From Cyanophora paradoxa CCMP329 (taxonomy: Eukaryota > Plantae > Glaucophyta): a DNA stretch of 37,261 bases. The notes beneath the pieces were generated by a model. It made no database searches. It worked only from the letters and a program-made list of their open reading frames with translations, and was not told the DNA's origin. The stretch lies in contig QPMI01000506.1 of NCBI GenBank assembly GCA_004431415.1, forward strand, positions 1 through 37,261. The letters run 5' to 3'. Shown here in pieces: positions 1 to 12,912 of this stretch (position 1 is its first letter; the number at the start of each line of letters is the position of its first letter). Position numbers and translations under genes: made by a program.

Positions 1-3000
1 CGAGCTCGGCGAGCCGCAGCGCCTCCGCCAGCAGGCAGCTCTTCCCGTGCCCGGGCTCCCCTCCAGGAAGAGCGCCCCCGCCCCCGCCCCGGGCCCCGCC
101 TCCCGCGCCCCGCCACGAACTCGACCACCGCCCGCAGCGCCCCCTCCGGCCCCGCACGCACCCCGCCGCCGCCGCCGCCGCCCACAGCCGCTCGACGAGC
201 GGGGCGGGCGGGGCGGAGGCCGGAGCGGGGACTCGGGGCGCTGGGGCGGCCGGGCTCGGGCTCGTCGGGGTCGAGGGCGGAGAGGGCGAGGAGGAGGTCG
301 CCGGGGCGGCCCCGCCCCGCAGCGCCACCTCCGACGCCCGCCGGATGCGCCGCCGCAGGCCCTCGTTCAGCAGCCGCGCCTCCGGCTCCGCCCCGTCCCC
401 CTTCGCCAGCACCGCGAAGGCCGCCAGCGGCCCCTCCGCCCCTTCAGCCGCACGGGGGCAGCGGGTCGAGCAGCAGGCGCGGCCCCGCCGCCTCCCGCGT
501 CGCCGCGTCGCACCAGACGGCGCCCCCGGCCGCCGCCGCCAGCCGCGCCGCCATGTTCGCCGCGTGGCCCAGCACTGCGCCCCGGCCCGTGAGCCGCCCC
601 GCGCAGACCAGGGCGCGCGGCGGGCGAGGGCGCGCCGGAGTACTCGCGGCGGGCCTCGTCCCCGACGATGCCTGCGCGCCGCCCGCCCCGCCGCTCAGAG
701 CGCGCGCGCGCTCCGACGCGGAGGGCGGCGGCGGGGCTCTAGGCGCCCGGGACGAGGGCTGGCGAAAGAGAAGAACACGGAGTACAAGCAAGCTCGACGC
801 TCGCCGGAAAGGGCGGGCGGGCGTGCAAGGGCCGCCTCGGGGGCTCGGGGCGGCGCACCGCAGAAGAGGCGGCCGGTGGCGATGCCGACGGAGACGGGCC
901 CGAGGCCCTGCTCCCGGAAGCCGTCCCGGATGCGCAGCGCCTGCCGGGCCGGCCTCAGCCCGGCCGCCCCCAGGCCGCCCCGCCCGCCCCGCGCCGCGCT
1001 CACCGCAGTGCACGCCCGCAGCGGGTCGTCCGAGTGGAGGGCGCCCACGACGCCCCACTGCCCCCGCCCCGCAGCGTGGGCCGCCGGGGAGCGGGGGGGC
1101 GGGGGCGGGGGCGTGGGGGCGGGCGGACGGTGAGGAAGCAGGCGAGGCCCTTATCGTCGCAGAAGAGGGAGCGGAGGACGCCCTCCGTCGACCGCGCCGC
1201 CGCCAGCACCGTCCCCGCGCACGCCTGCCCCGGCCGCCGCCGCAGCGGGGTGAGCGCGAGGGCGGCGAGGCAGCGGGGCGGGCGGGGGCACCTCGAGCCA
1301 GGAGAGGCGCTCAGGGGGGAACTCGTCGGCCTCGGCCTCACCCACGCCGGCGGCCTCCCCGGGGAGCTCGACGCCGCCCAGCGAGACGAAGGCCGCCGTC
1401 ACCACCCGCATCTCCGACACCGGCCTGCCCGCCCCGGCCCCCTCAGCGCCACCCCCCGCCTCGACCCAGGGGCGCCCCAGGGGCCGCTGCTGCGCCTCGC
1501 GGGTCGCACATGGCGTCGTGGTCGAGGGTCCAGCGGATGTCCTCGGGGAGGTGCGCCGCCATCGCCGCGTAGTAGGCCCGCGAGGCCTGCGCCCCGGCCT
1601 CCCGCCCGCCCTGGCCCCCGCTCAGCCGCCGCCGCAGCGCCGCCGCCGCCGAGCCCCGCAGCGCGAACGAGGCCCGCGAGGGGCGCGGCTCCTCCTCCTT
1701 CGGGCCGCGGGGGCCCGCCCCTGGGGAGGGGCCGGCGGTGCGCCCCCGAAGAGCTCGCGGAGGCGCCGGAGGGAGCCCGAGCGAGCGGAGCCGCCGCCGG
1801 CGCCCGCCGCCGCCACCGCCGCCGCCACCGCCGGCGAGAACGAGGGCGAGGGCGGCTCCGAGGCCGCCGCCGGCGCCTCCGCGCCCCGCCCTCGCCCTCG
1901 CCCTCGCCGCCGTCCTCGCCCTCGCGCGCCCCGTACACCTCGTACCCCTCCGGCGTCACCTCGAGGGCGCGCGCCCGCAGGCGCACCGCGCGACGGCGGC
2001 GACCTGCGCGGCAGTGAGCTCGGGGCGGGGCGGGGCACGGGGGAGGGGTGTGCGGGGCGGGCGGGGCGGGCCTCGGGGCGAGGCAGAGGCAGCCGGCGGC
2101 GGCGAGGCGGAGGCCCGTGGCGAGGCGCGGGATGGCCGCCCCGACCACCGCGATCTCCTCCCGGCCCCGCGGCCCTCCTCCGCCCCGCCCCGCCCCCGCC
2201 GAGGCGGATGGCGAACATGCGCCCCGCGGCGACGGCCGCGTGCAGCGGGAGCCTGCGCGCGACGCCCCGTGAGGCGCGGCGGCGTGGGGCGAGCCTCCCC
2301 GAGCGCCCGGGGTCGGCGGCGCACGCGTCCTCGGCGGGCTCCTCGCCGGCCTCCCCCTCGTACTCGACCTCGTCGTGCGCCTCGCGCCTCGCGCAGGTGC
2401 AGACGGACTCGGCGGCGATGCGGACGGCGGCGCGGCAGGCGGCCTCGGCGCCCCCAAAGGGGCCGTCCTCGCCGTACACCAGCACGAGCAGCGCGTCCCC
2501 CAGGAACCGCACCTGCGCCCCCGGGCCCGGGCTCCGGCTCGAGGCGGACGGGCGGGGGCCGGGGGGCGCTTCGCGCGCACCACGTCGCCCCCGTGGGCCC
2601 GCACGACGCGCAGCACCCGCGCGAAGGTCCGGTTGAGGGCCCCGCTAAGCGCGTCGGCGCCGCGGCGCTGCTGGGGCGTCAGGGGCGGGGGCGGGGGTCG
2701 GGGGGGCGGGGGGGCGGGCCTCGGCGTTCATGGGGGACTCGGCGGCGGCGAGGGCGATGAGGCGCTGCGCGGCCGCCACGCTCCCGCTGACGTCGATGAG
2801 GACGCTCGCCGCGTAGAAGGGGCGGGCCCCAGGGCCGCCGGGGGCGGGCGGGGGCGGCGGGCCCACGAGGAAGGAGGAGCGGCGGCGGGAGCGGCGGCCG
2901 AGGCTCGAGGCGAGGGAGTCGGGGTCGCCGGCGGGGCGGCGGCGGCGAAGGGCTCCTCCTCGGGGGCCTCGAGGAGGCCGGGGGAGGTCGCGCTGCTCGC

Positions 3001-3442
3001 CTCCGTCGTCGCCCCGCCGGCCCCTTGCCCGTCGACGCGCTCTCCGGCAGCCGCAGCTCCCCGAGCCCGTCCTCCGAGCACGCGCTCGCCGCCCGCCCGC
3101 GCCCGAGCGCCCCGCGCCCCGCCGCCTCGGCCGCCCAGCGGAGCTGCAGGTCCGAGAGGAAGGCCGCGGCGCTCGCCTGGCGCGCCCGGAGCGGCCCCGC
3201 CGCCGCCTCCAACTCCGCCTGCGGCACCGGATCCCCCAGGGCCGCCTTCTGCGCCCACGCCGGCCCCCGCCCGGTTCAGGCCTCGCAGTCTTCCCCGCGG
3301 CGGGAGGGCGGGGGGCGTGCGGCGCGCAACGCACCGGGTCCTCTTCGACTTCGTGCTCCTCCCCAGCGCCGACGACGGCCGAGGAGCACGAGAGGGCCCG
3401 TGGCCGCCCCGCCACCGACTTCCGCCGCGGCGCGACGATCAT
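1..3442 (-). CDS. Soluble adenylyl cyclase-like protein (two class III cyclase domains + P-loop/STAND NTPase), multi-exon, runs off the window edge
   Basis: Exons encode C1 motifs 'PFYAASVLIDVSG', 'LSGTLNRTF', 'HGGDVVR|FLGDALL' and C2 motifs 'SEMRVVTAAFV', 'LFCDDKG', 'VSVGIATGRLFCG', 'LGHAANMAARL'. A Walker A 'LFLEG(E)PGHGKSCLL' lies at about 30-75 (needs one G restored in a G-run). Start codon uncertain. Confidence 0.8.
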
Positions 3443-4055
3443 GGGGCCGGTCTCACCCTCTTCTGACGACCGCGCGACGGTCCATTTTTCCTCGCCCGCC
3501 GACGCGCTCTAGATCTACGGCACAGATAATGGATGTGCGGCCGATTACGTGCACGCGTACGCCGCACCGTCCCAGCGCGCGCGCCGGCGTAAACGAACGT
3601 GCCACGGTGCGCACTGCGGCACAAATTATGAAAGCTGCAGCTGGTGGCTCGCACGCATTGGCAGCAAGCCGGTCATGTGCTACGGTTCTTTTGCTTGCCG
3701 GCCGCGGCTTGATCAGAGGCTGCGAAGCCCACTGCAGCTGGCTGGGCGCGCTGCGAGTTCGGGCTGGTCACGCCTCGGCTTCAGTGACATTGTGCGCAGA
3801 ATTCATGAAAGGCTCCGATCCTTGAGCTGCGCTGCCTGCGCACCCGAGTGCTGCTATGGCCACGCACGTGCTCAAGAACGCGTCAACCACAGCGCTAGCT
3901 GCCCGCCGTACGCGTCGCAACGCCGTCGGCGCCGGTCCATACGACGTCGACTAGTACCGGTACTGTACTGGTCGATTCGCGCCCGACTGGGTCCGAGTGC
4001 TCGTACCCCCAACTCAGGCTCGTACCCCCAAAGTCCAGGCTCATACCCCCTGGAG

Positions 4056-5433
4056 ATGGCGTTCAGCACGAGCGGCCTCGGCCTTGCCGTGTCTCCGGCG
4101 CGGGCGCCGTCGACAGCGGTTTCGAAGTGCTCTTTCGTCGGCCAGCGCCTCCAGAAGGTAACTGCTGGCAATCACTCGAAACATTGCATGGCGGGCTGAA
4201 AGATCGGCCCGCAGACGTCGACCAAGCCGGAATCGGCTGCGTCTTTCCACGTCGCGGCGTCCAGCGAGTCGGCCCCGTCCGGGCGTCGTCAGTTCGTCGG
4301 CGCCCTCGCGGGCGTCGCCGCTCTCATCGCCACTGGCGACCGCGTCCTCGCGGCCGGTGCCGAAGTACGCCTCCTCCTCCCCCTGCCCGCCGCACGCCGC
4401 CGTTTTGCACGCCCCAGCCTCCCACGTGCACCGTGCCGGCCCGGCGCCGAATCCAAGCGCGGAGCTGCCGCGCATCGTCTCTAGCACTGGGCTAACGAGC
4501 GAGGCATCGCCCGGACGCTCCGCTGACGTCGCGGGCGGCCTCGCGGCAGGGCGGCCTGGAGCCTGACCGCAGCGCGTGCGTCGCCCGATCGCGGGGCGGC
4601 CTCCCCCCGCGGGGGCCCACCGGGACGCCCGCAGGCTGCTGATCAAGGTCCCCGAGTCGTCCTTCAAGACCACCGAGTCGGGCCTCAAGGTCCGCGCCCC
4701 GCAGCCGCCCCTCCCGCCCGCCCCCACCCCGCGCTGACCCGCCTCGCAGTACGCTGACGTCAAGGTGCGCCCGCGCTCGTGGCGGGCCGGGGCCGGAGGC
4801 GGGGCGCGCGCGCGGGGGGGCGGTGGGGGGTCGGGGCGAGCGGGGGCGGGGGCGGTGCAGGTGGGGACGGGCCCCGGGGCGGAGAAGGGCGAGACGATCG
4901 TCATCGCCTACCGCGGCTCCCTCCCCGACGGCCGCGTCCGCCCCGCCCCCGCCCGCCCCGCCCCGCCCCGCCCGACCGCCCCCGCCCCGCGCCAGACCGT
5001 GCTGAGCACCTACGCCGACGGCGTGGGGGACGGCAAGCCGGCCCAGTACCGCTTCGGCGTCGGCGAGGTCATCCCCGGCCTCGACGAGGGTTCGAGTCCC
5101 CCCGGGCCCCTTTCGGGGCGGCGTGGCGAGGGGCGGCGCAGGCGTGGCGACGATGCGCGTGGGCGGGCAGCGGCGCCTCATCGTGCCGCCGAGCCTCGCC
5201 TTCGGCTCCAAGGTCGTCAAGGCCGCCCCGGGTGAGCTCCACCCCCCCCCGGGCGCACGGCGGCCGCCCCCCCCGAGCCCCCCGCCAGGCAAGCCGTCGA
5301 TCCCCGCCAACACGACCCTCACCTTCGACGTCGAGCTGCTGCTCATCCCCGGTGCCCATCCCCGTCGCGCCGCCCTGCACCCCGATCCCGCGTGCCTCAT
5401 GCGCGCCCCGCAGGCAAGGACGAGGACGAGTAA
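4056..5433 (+). CDS. FKBP-type peptidyl-prolyl cis-trans isomerase, plastid thylakoid-lumen targeted
   Basis: Spliced product: MAFSTSG...SFVGQRLQK|TSTK...SGRRQFVGALAGVAALIATGDRVLAA...TTESGLK|YADVK|VGTG...YRG...FGVGEVIPGLDE|GVATMRVGGQRRLIVPPSLAFG...IPANTTLTFDVELL...PGKDEDE*. Canonical FKBP motifs with GT-AG introns. Confidence 0.92.
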
Positions 5434-5667
5434 GCGGCACGTCTGCGAGGCCCCGCCCTGCGCCCTTCCTTTCGGGCCGCTCTGGGTTTGTTGTACTGTA
5501 CCCTGTACCCGCGAAATGCGTCGAGAACGCGTTCGTCTGCTCTCAGCAGTGCGGGGCGGCCGCGGTGTTCTTGAAATGCACATATCGGCCGATAGAGTGG
5601 ACTGCACCGCGCGCGCCCTGCACGCCCTCCGTATACCCGAGCATCTCGGGGCGCGGGCGGGGCGGGG

Positions 5668-7655
5668 CTAGGGGGGGGAGGCGGGCGCCGGGGGGCCGAG
5701 GGCGACGCCTGCGCGCCGGGCGAGGATGGCGAGCATGCGCTCCGCCGCGTCCCCTCCCCCCGCCCCCTCCTCCTCCAGCTCCTCCTCCTCGCCGCCCTCC
5801 TCCTCCTCCCCGCCGCCGGGGCGCAGCGCGCGCGCCACGTCCTCGTCGCCCTCTTCCGCGCTCGCCACAAACGCGTCATCGCCCTCGCCCTCGCCCTCGC
5901 CCTCGCCCTCGCCCTCGCCCTCGCCGACGGCCTCGCCGTCGCCCTCGCCCTCGCCATCGGCCTCGGCCTCCTCCGCGAGGAGGCCGGCCCCGAGCGCCGC
6001 CGCCTCCTCCAGGCTCAGGAGAGGCGCCTCCTCCTCCCCCTCCCCGCTCTCGCCCTCCCCCTCGGGCCCCCGACTCGCCGCGGCCGCTGCCGCCTGCCCC
6101 TCCGCGGGCGGCGCCGGGCGGCGTCTCGGGGTGATGCGGGGGGCGATGCCCCCCGGCCACCCCCCCGCCTGCCAAGGGCGTCACACAGGGCGGGGCGCCC
6201 CACAAGGCGCAGCCGGCGAGGGCGCTGCGTGCCTTGCGTTTGTGGGGGCGGTTGGCCTGCACGGGCCGCCGCGGCGTCTCCCGCCTCCGCTTGGGCGGCG
6301 CCTTGCGGCTGGGCGGGGGTGAGGAGGCGGGGCCCGGGGGCGGGGCGGGGCGGGGCGGGGGCGGGGCACCGGCCGTCGCCCTCGTAGACGTCGCGCCAGA
6401 GGACGTCGGGGCCGCCCCGCACGCTCCGCTCCGACTCCCACGCCGCCGCGTGCCGCTTCAGCATGTGCTCCTCCACCTGCCCCCGGCCCCGCTCGCCCCC
6501 GCCACCAAGGCCGCGCTCCCGCCGGCGCGCGCGTGCCTGGAGGCGCTGGATCTGGCCCATGATCTTCCCCTGCAGCGCCGCGAGGTAGTGCTGCGCGGCG
6601 AGGCGGTCGGAGAGGGAAAGGCCCGGGGGGTACGGGCGCGGCGACGGAAGGGGCCCCGCACGGAGTCGTTCTCGAGGTCGCGGAGGATCTCCTGGGGCCC
6701 CTGCGCGGGGCGGCTTGCCAGCGCACGGAGCTTCTCCTTGTACACCGTGGGGTCCACCGGCGGCGGCCCCGCCGCCCCCAGCACCACCGCAGACGAGGTG
6801 GAGGAGGACGGCCCCGCCACCGGCGGCGGCGGCTGCGGCGGCACGGGAACCAGCGCGAGCGCGCTGGAGACGGCCGCCGCCGCGGGCTGGCCGGGGACGC
6901 CGGCCGGCGCCCGGGGGCGGCGGCGGGGCGCGCGAGGTGCGCGAGGGAGGGCGGGAGGGGCGGGGCGGTGGGCGCCGTCACGGGCGACGAGGAGGAGGGT
7001 GCGAGGCCGAGCGAGGAAGAAGGGGAGGGCTGGGCGAGCCCCGAGCGGATCGGCGGCCGCACGAAGGGCGGGCGCGGCGCTGTCGCCGCGCGGGGCGGCC
7101 CCGGCGCTGCCGCCAGCGTCAACAGCGCGCCGGGTGCGGAGCGATCGCGCCGCGAACCATTGTGGGACCCCGGAGCGGCCAAGGCCGAGGGCGGGGGTGC
7201 TCGCGGCTGAGCAGACACTCTGGCGGGCTGCTGGATCCGCGCGGCGGGAGCTGCGAGCGGGGAGGATGCCATCAGCACGACAGGCAAGCAAGCACGTCGA
7301 GCTAAGGGCGCCGCGGCGGGCAGAACGCACTTTCAGGCGCTCGTGCGGCCGGAATACCGACGCGCGCGACGCTGCTGACGGGCAGCGGCACGGCGGAGGC
7401 GGCTGGGAGCGCTTTGGGCGCCGCTGCGGCCGCGGGCTGCCCCGCGCCCTCCGCAGGTCTTGCGGCAGTTGCTTCTGGGGCGCTGAGCGCAAGCGCATTC
7501 GAGCTCGACGCGGCTGTTTCGGTTCCTGGCGCGTCCGGGTTGGGCGGCGGGGTCGGCGCAGCAGACGGGGTCGGCGCGGCCCGCGAGGCTGGACGGACGC
7601 GGTTTACGACCGGTCTGAAGTGCTTCGCGGGCCCCTTTGGCCCGGGCTCCTCCAT
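5668..7655 (-). CDS. Hypothetical protein, Pro/Ala-rich N-terminus and acidic (GE)n C-terminus, multi-exon
   Basis: Coding-like segments 'VDPTVYKEKLRALA', 'QEILRDLENDS', 'HYLAALQGKIMGQIQRLQ', 'VEEHMLKRHAAAWESE' separated by intron-like tracts. No family recognised and boundaries are approximate. Confidence 0.45.
5881..5955. repeat. (GCCCTC)n hexamer repeat encoding a Gly-Glu tract on the minus strand
   Basis: Seven perfect GCCCTC units at 5881-5922, then degenerate units. Confidence 0.85.
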
Positions 7656-7854
7656 CGGACTTCGTCGATGCGGGTACAGGTGCGAATTCCTGCCGGCTTA
7701 TCTGATCCAGCTCATCGTCCCCGGCCCGCTGCTGTCTCTTGGTTATAGGCGCAGATCGCAGCTGGCTGCAGCTATCCAGCTCATCAAGGTCTTGCTCCTC
7801 GTGAGCTTGAGCGTACTTGTAGCAGCGCTTTCGAGCCCAGAGACAGGCTGCCAC

Positions 7855-10097
7855 ATGTCCGCGCTTCGGCCGGTAGTCAGCGTGGAAGGGCTGAACGGTG
7901 TCCTGAGCGAGGTCGTCGTCCTCAGCACGCGCGGGAGCGCGTACTTCGCCGAGCGCATCAGTGACTTGCTGACGGTGCATTCGTCCGGCGCTAGCCGTCT
8001 GCCAGCTTCGCGTCGCGCTAACGCGCCGCGTGCGTCTCTAACGCGCCGCGCCAGAGTGGCGGCAAGGACGCGCTGCACGTCATCCGCGGCTATGTCGAGG
8101 TGAAGCGAGCCCAAACGCATCGAAGTTCAGCGCTTTGACGCCCGCCTTGTGCAGCGCAAGGAGTTTAAGGGCGGGGAGCAGTACGTGCGTTCGGTGGCCC
8201 ATGCCGGCGCTCGTGCGTCGCTCACCCGGCCGCGCAGTACCGGATCCGGCTACCGGCGCAGAACCCGCTCTCCCCGCGGCGCTCCAGGACGCCCGGCGAA
8301 ACAGATCAGGCGCGCCCGAGTGTTAGCAGGCCCCCGCATTTCACCCCAGCTCCGCGCCGCTCAACCGTACCCCGGACGCGCAGGACGCCTCGGAGCACAT
8401 AGAGAAGGGGTCCCGCGTGGACCTGTTCGGCCGGTGCCCCTCCCCGCACTCCGAGCCCCCGCCGGGTGGCCCCGAGGGGCGGGCGCAGGACGGTAGTGTA
8501 CGTGGCGTCGACGGCGGAGGACTCCGACCTGCTCGAGCTCCTCCGTGCGGCCCGCCCATGCCCCTCCCGCCCCCGCCCGCCCCTTCGACCCGCACCTCGC
8601 CGCCCCCCTCCCCAGGCGTTGGCATGGAGCTCGCGGCGTGCGGCCCCTCTTCGCCCCTTCCATCGCCCTTCCTCTCTCACGCGCGGGCAGGCTGGGTACG
8701 CGGCGCCGCATCTTCGTCGTGCCCTTCTTGGGGTACAGCACTATGGAGCGCGCCGTCCTCTCCGGCGAGGTTGGCCCGCAACCCTTCCCCCCCCCCCCCC
8801 CCCCCCCCCCTCCCCTCCCGCCTTCCCTCAGGCCCTGCGCAGGTCGTGACGGCCAAGGCGAACGCGCGTCTCATGTCCGCCATCCCCCATGGGAGGTCTG
8901 CACCCCCCCGGATTCCGAACTCCCCCTGTACCCCCCAAATTCCGACCTCCTACTGTACCCCTCCCCGATCTATCGCCAGCCTGGGGAACGTGTTCCTTTT
9001 CATGGACCTCCACGTCTCCGGCCTCCTCCAGGTGCACATGTACCCCTTCCCTACCCCCACCCCCCACTTCACATCCCCCCCCCCTCGCTTTACATCCTGT
9101 CCGACCGGGTACCTCAGTACTTTGAGGGCCCGACGGTGGCGCTCGAGCTCTACGGCGAGAGGGTGCGGCTTCTCTACACCCCCTTTGGCCGCGTACCCCC
9201 GCCGAGCGCCCCCCGCGCGCGCAGCCACTGTGCGACGGGATTCGGTCGCTCGGCCTCGCCCCCGGCTGTGCGCCAGCCCGCCCGCCCGCCCCGCGAAGCT
9301 GCAACTCAGCGAAACCGCCGTACCCCACCAGCCTTCATGTTCGGCAGCGCGGACCTCGGCCGTGCGTGCCCGGCGCCCCTCGCTCCGCCCATCCTCCCTG
9401 GGCTGGGCGCTGAGGGGGCGGGCAGGGCCGAAGTGGGTGCAGGCGTTCGCGGACCTCTTCAAGGTGGACCTCGCCCTCGTCCGCAAGAGCCGCTCCCCGG
9501 ACGGCGAGCAGACCCACGGTGCCCGCCCCCGCCTCCAGCTGCCGCCCGACCCCGAGCTCGAGGGCGACCCCCCGGCAGTCATGGAGATCATCGGCAACGT
9601 CACGGGCAAGGCCGTCGTCATGTGCGCCCCGCCCCGCCCCGCCCCGCCCCGCCCCGCCCCCGGAGACGTCCGAGTCGATCTCCGGCAGCTACGACGACAT
9701 GACCCGCACGGGGGGCTCCCTCATCAACGCCGCCAAGGCCCGCCCCCCCCCCCCTCCACACCCACCCGGCGTGGCGCGCCTGATCTCCGGGGCGCGCAGG
9801 CGTACCTGGAGAAGGGGGCGTCGGCGGTGTACGCGGTGCTCTCGCACCTGGCGCTGGCCTCGCCCGAGCACGCGGCGCTCCTGGAGCGCTCGCCCATCGC
9901 CCGCATCGTCGCCACCAACTCCCACCCCGCCACCCAGTGGCCCGAGGTCCGCGCCTCCCCCAAGTTCCTCATCGTCGACGCCACCCCCGAGTTCGTCAAG
10001 GTCCGCCCCCTCCAGCCTGCCCCCTCCGCGCCCGCCCCTCCATTGCCCCTTACCGATACCCCTCGCCCAGTCCCTCTTCCGCATCGTCTTCCAGTAG
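7855..10097 (+). CDS. prs: Ribose-phosphate pyrophosphokinase (PRPP synthetase)
   Basis: Exons: 'VVVLSTRGSAYFAERISDLL', 'RKEFKGGEQY', 'FVVPFLGYSTMERAVLSGE|VVTAKANARLMSAIP', 'FMDLH', 'FGSADLGR', 'LVRKSR', 'IIGNVTGKAVV..YDDMTRTGGSLINAAK' (PRPP-binding loop), 'VYAVLSH', 'IVATNSHP'. Last exon SLFRIVFQ*. Confidence 0.92.
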
Positions 10098-11065
10098 CTT
10101 TGGTTCCGGAATCTCTCGCCAGCGTGCCAGCTTCTTGCACAACTCCCCCCTCGCGTTGCACAGCCTTCCTTTCCTTTCAGAAACCCCCAATCAAAATTTG
10201 TCCTCTAAACAGCTGCTGTACAATCCATGCCTACGAGAGGCGATTGCCACGCGAGGCCATCCAATTGCAAGAGCATAAAAGCGCGATGCAAAACTTGTAC
10301 TCGTGCTTATCAGGCCTACGCCTGCAGACAATTCAAAAAATCAGCCGCTGGCCGCTGAGGAGCGTAAGCTTAAGCCGTAAGCTTGAGCGTGCGCGCGCGA
10401 AGCGGGCTCGATCGCGAGCCGGCGCGCGCCAGTTCGCGCATGCGCACCGCAGAATTTGATCACGAGTCGGAGCTGCGTCTCTTGTTCCAGGGCGCGGGCC
10501 CGAGAGCATCCTCCATACCGAACGCCCGTAGCACACGCCCAGGGTCTGCTCGGTGCGGCTGCGCGCCGCGAAAATCGCGCGGGGGTCATATTCCGAACCC
10601 CGCGGTCGGCCCAAATCCCTACATCTGTAGGATACGCACCGCGAAATCGTGCGAAGGCGGCTGCAGCTCTCGCTCGCGGGCGTCCTGCACCTGCAGCGGC
10701 GCGCGCGCACACCAGTGATTATCGATCATGATCATGAGCTCGAGGCGCGCGCGCGGGCCCGGGCATGCGCATGCGAACCGTGCCATACACCTTCTCATCG
10801 GTACTGACGGCCCCCACCAGGCTCGCCGCGCTGTAGACGCGGGTCGGATCAATTCTGTGCGGCTGGGGCGCGCGCGGCAAGAACGTAAGTGTCGAATTTT
10901 TCAGGCCGCGCTCGTGCGCTCGAACGCGCACCCTCTGGCACTGGCGCCGGGGTGAGAGAGAGCGCCCTGCGTGCTCCGACGGCGCCGACATTGCTTCTTG
11001 AATTTTAGTTATAATTAATTCGCGCCTCGGAACACACTCAATCGTGTACCCAGGCTCGAAGCTTG

Positions 11066-12912
11066 ATGGCGGCCGCGCTGGCCTCCCTTGGCGCGCAAGC
11101 GGTCTCTGCGGCGTCGCAGCTTCTTCGTCAATCGGGCTTTGATGGCTTGGTAAGTGTCACCGAGCACGCTTTCGGATCCGCTGTTGGGACGAATCGTGAC
11201 GCGGATTCGCACGTCATCGCAGGCGCGCGCCCTCGACGATGCACTCAGCGGCAACGCGCACTGTGCGCGGTCTTATCCCTGCAGCGACCGAGCCGGACTC
11301 TCGCCGCGGCTGACTTGTGCATGCCCTCATGACGGCAGGCGCCGCGTCGTCGAGAGAGCGGGTCCTCGCCCTCACGCATGTGAAAGTGGAGTGGCCCGTT
11401 GGGTGCGGACTGAAGCGCCCTGCGCGCTTCGGGGCCAACCCCGCCGCGCTCAATGGACTCGAGTTCGAGCCGCTCACGCGCCTCCGCCGGCTGACGCGGA
11501 CGCCGCAGGTCGGACCTGGGCCTTCTCTCGTGCCAGTCGGTGGTCGTGGCGGTCATCCTGCCCTCCGCGCCCCTGGATCGATTCCGATGGCTCTCTTCCA
11601 ACCCGCTCCACCAGACGCTTCAGGTCGGGCAGGGCGCCGGCGGGGCCGGAACGCGCGCGCGGCGGCCGCTTGCCAACCAGGCGACCGGGGGCGCAGAACG
11701 TGGCGCACGCGGCGCAGGCGCTGGAGGCGCAGGGCGCGTCGGTGTGCATCGTGGGGCGGCGAGCGCAGCACGAGTCGTTCCTGCGGCGCGTGCTCCACCT
11801 CTACGGCCTGGCGGACCGCGTGCGCGTGGCCTTCGATGACGGGGACGACCTCTACGGTGTGTGCCGTAGCTGCTGCGCCTCGGAGAGGGCGAATTGAATT
11901 CGAAAAAGGGTACAGGATGCCTCGGCCTCCTCGAGCTCCCCCTCGTGCCCGCCGCCCTCGTCCCGGGGGCCCTCCTCGCCCCCCGCCTCCCCCTCCTCCG
12001 CCGCGCCTACCGCTACGGCGTCCACCTCGCAGGGCCCCTCAAGTACCGCCGCGGGTCCGCCTCGCCCCCGCCCCGCCCCGCCCCGCACCGCCGCGCTCCG
12101 CCCCGCCCCGCCTATCTGCTTCTAGAAATCCCCCTGGCATGGGCACGCTGGCGTTGATTCCTGCGCGCCCCCCAAGTTTTCGGCTTTGACTTCCATTTGA
12201 CCCGCCGGCGCCGGGCCCTCCAGAGCAATCGCGGTGTTCCGCAATTACGAGCTGCGAGAGCTCCGACTCGGCCGCTCCGCGGGGTACGCCCCCCTATGCG
12301 GCCCGTGGCGACACCCGTACGCGGCGCTCAGCGGCTCCGGGCCGGCGCGCAGGTTCGACTCGCCGGTGCCCGAGATCGACGCGGCGGCCCTCGCGCCCGT
12401 CGTCGCCGCCGCGCTCGCCCCGCCGGCCTCGAGCTCTGCGCCCTCCTCCCCCGCGGCCCCCGCCCAGCCCGCCCCCTTGCGTGAGCCCCCTCCTGCCCTC
12501 TCCCCCCGCCCCCACGCGCGCGCAGTCGAACGCTTCCCGCAGCAGAGGAGGCGGCCCCGCCCGGCCCACTGGCCGCCCCAGCCCCCCCGCCCCACTGGCC
12601 GCCGGTGCGCCTCGGGCGGAACTTCCGGCCGCGAACCGCCGACGCGATGCGCGCGCAGGGCGGGCGGGGCCGGACGCGGGGAAGGCCCCGGCGGCTGCGG
12701 AGGCGCCGGCCGGCGCGCCGAGGCCGCCCAAGGCTCCGGCGGCAGCGACTGAGGCAGAGACGCCGGCTCCGGCGGAGGAGAAGGGAGCGGAGGGGGAGCC
12801 GGGGCCGGCCGCGGCGCCGAAGGCGGGGGCGGGGCCGGCCGGCGAGGCGCCGAAGAAGGGGAAGCACAAGAAGGGCAAGGGGCCCAAGGGCAGCGCCCAG
12901 CAGCCGGCGTGA
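11066..12912 (+). CDS. Hypothetical protein, possible thioredoxin-fold (AhpC/TSA-2-like) domain with low-complexity Lys-rich tail
   Basis: 'VVVAVILP...NVAHAAQALEAQGASVCIVG...FLRR...VRVAFDDGDDLYG|CLGLL' resembles the peroxiredoxin-like pattern. No CxxC seen. Ends ...KKGKHKKGKGPKGSAQQPA*. Confidence 0.45.

Noticed and set aside
3515-4050. Short repeated motifs in the cyclase/FKBP divergent intergenic region (GGCACARATWATG x2; CTCRTACCCCC x3)
   Set aside because: Too short and too few to support a regulatory call.
8898-8970. ~27-bp minisatellite and poly-C tracts in PRS introns
   Set aside because: Ordinary intronic low-complexity sequence.
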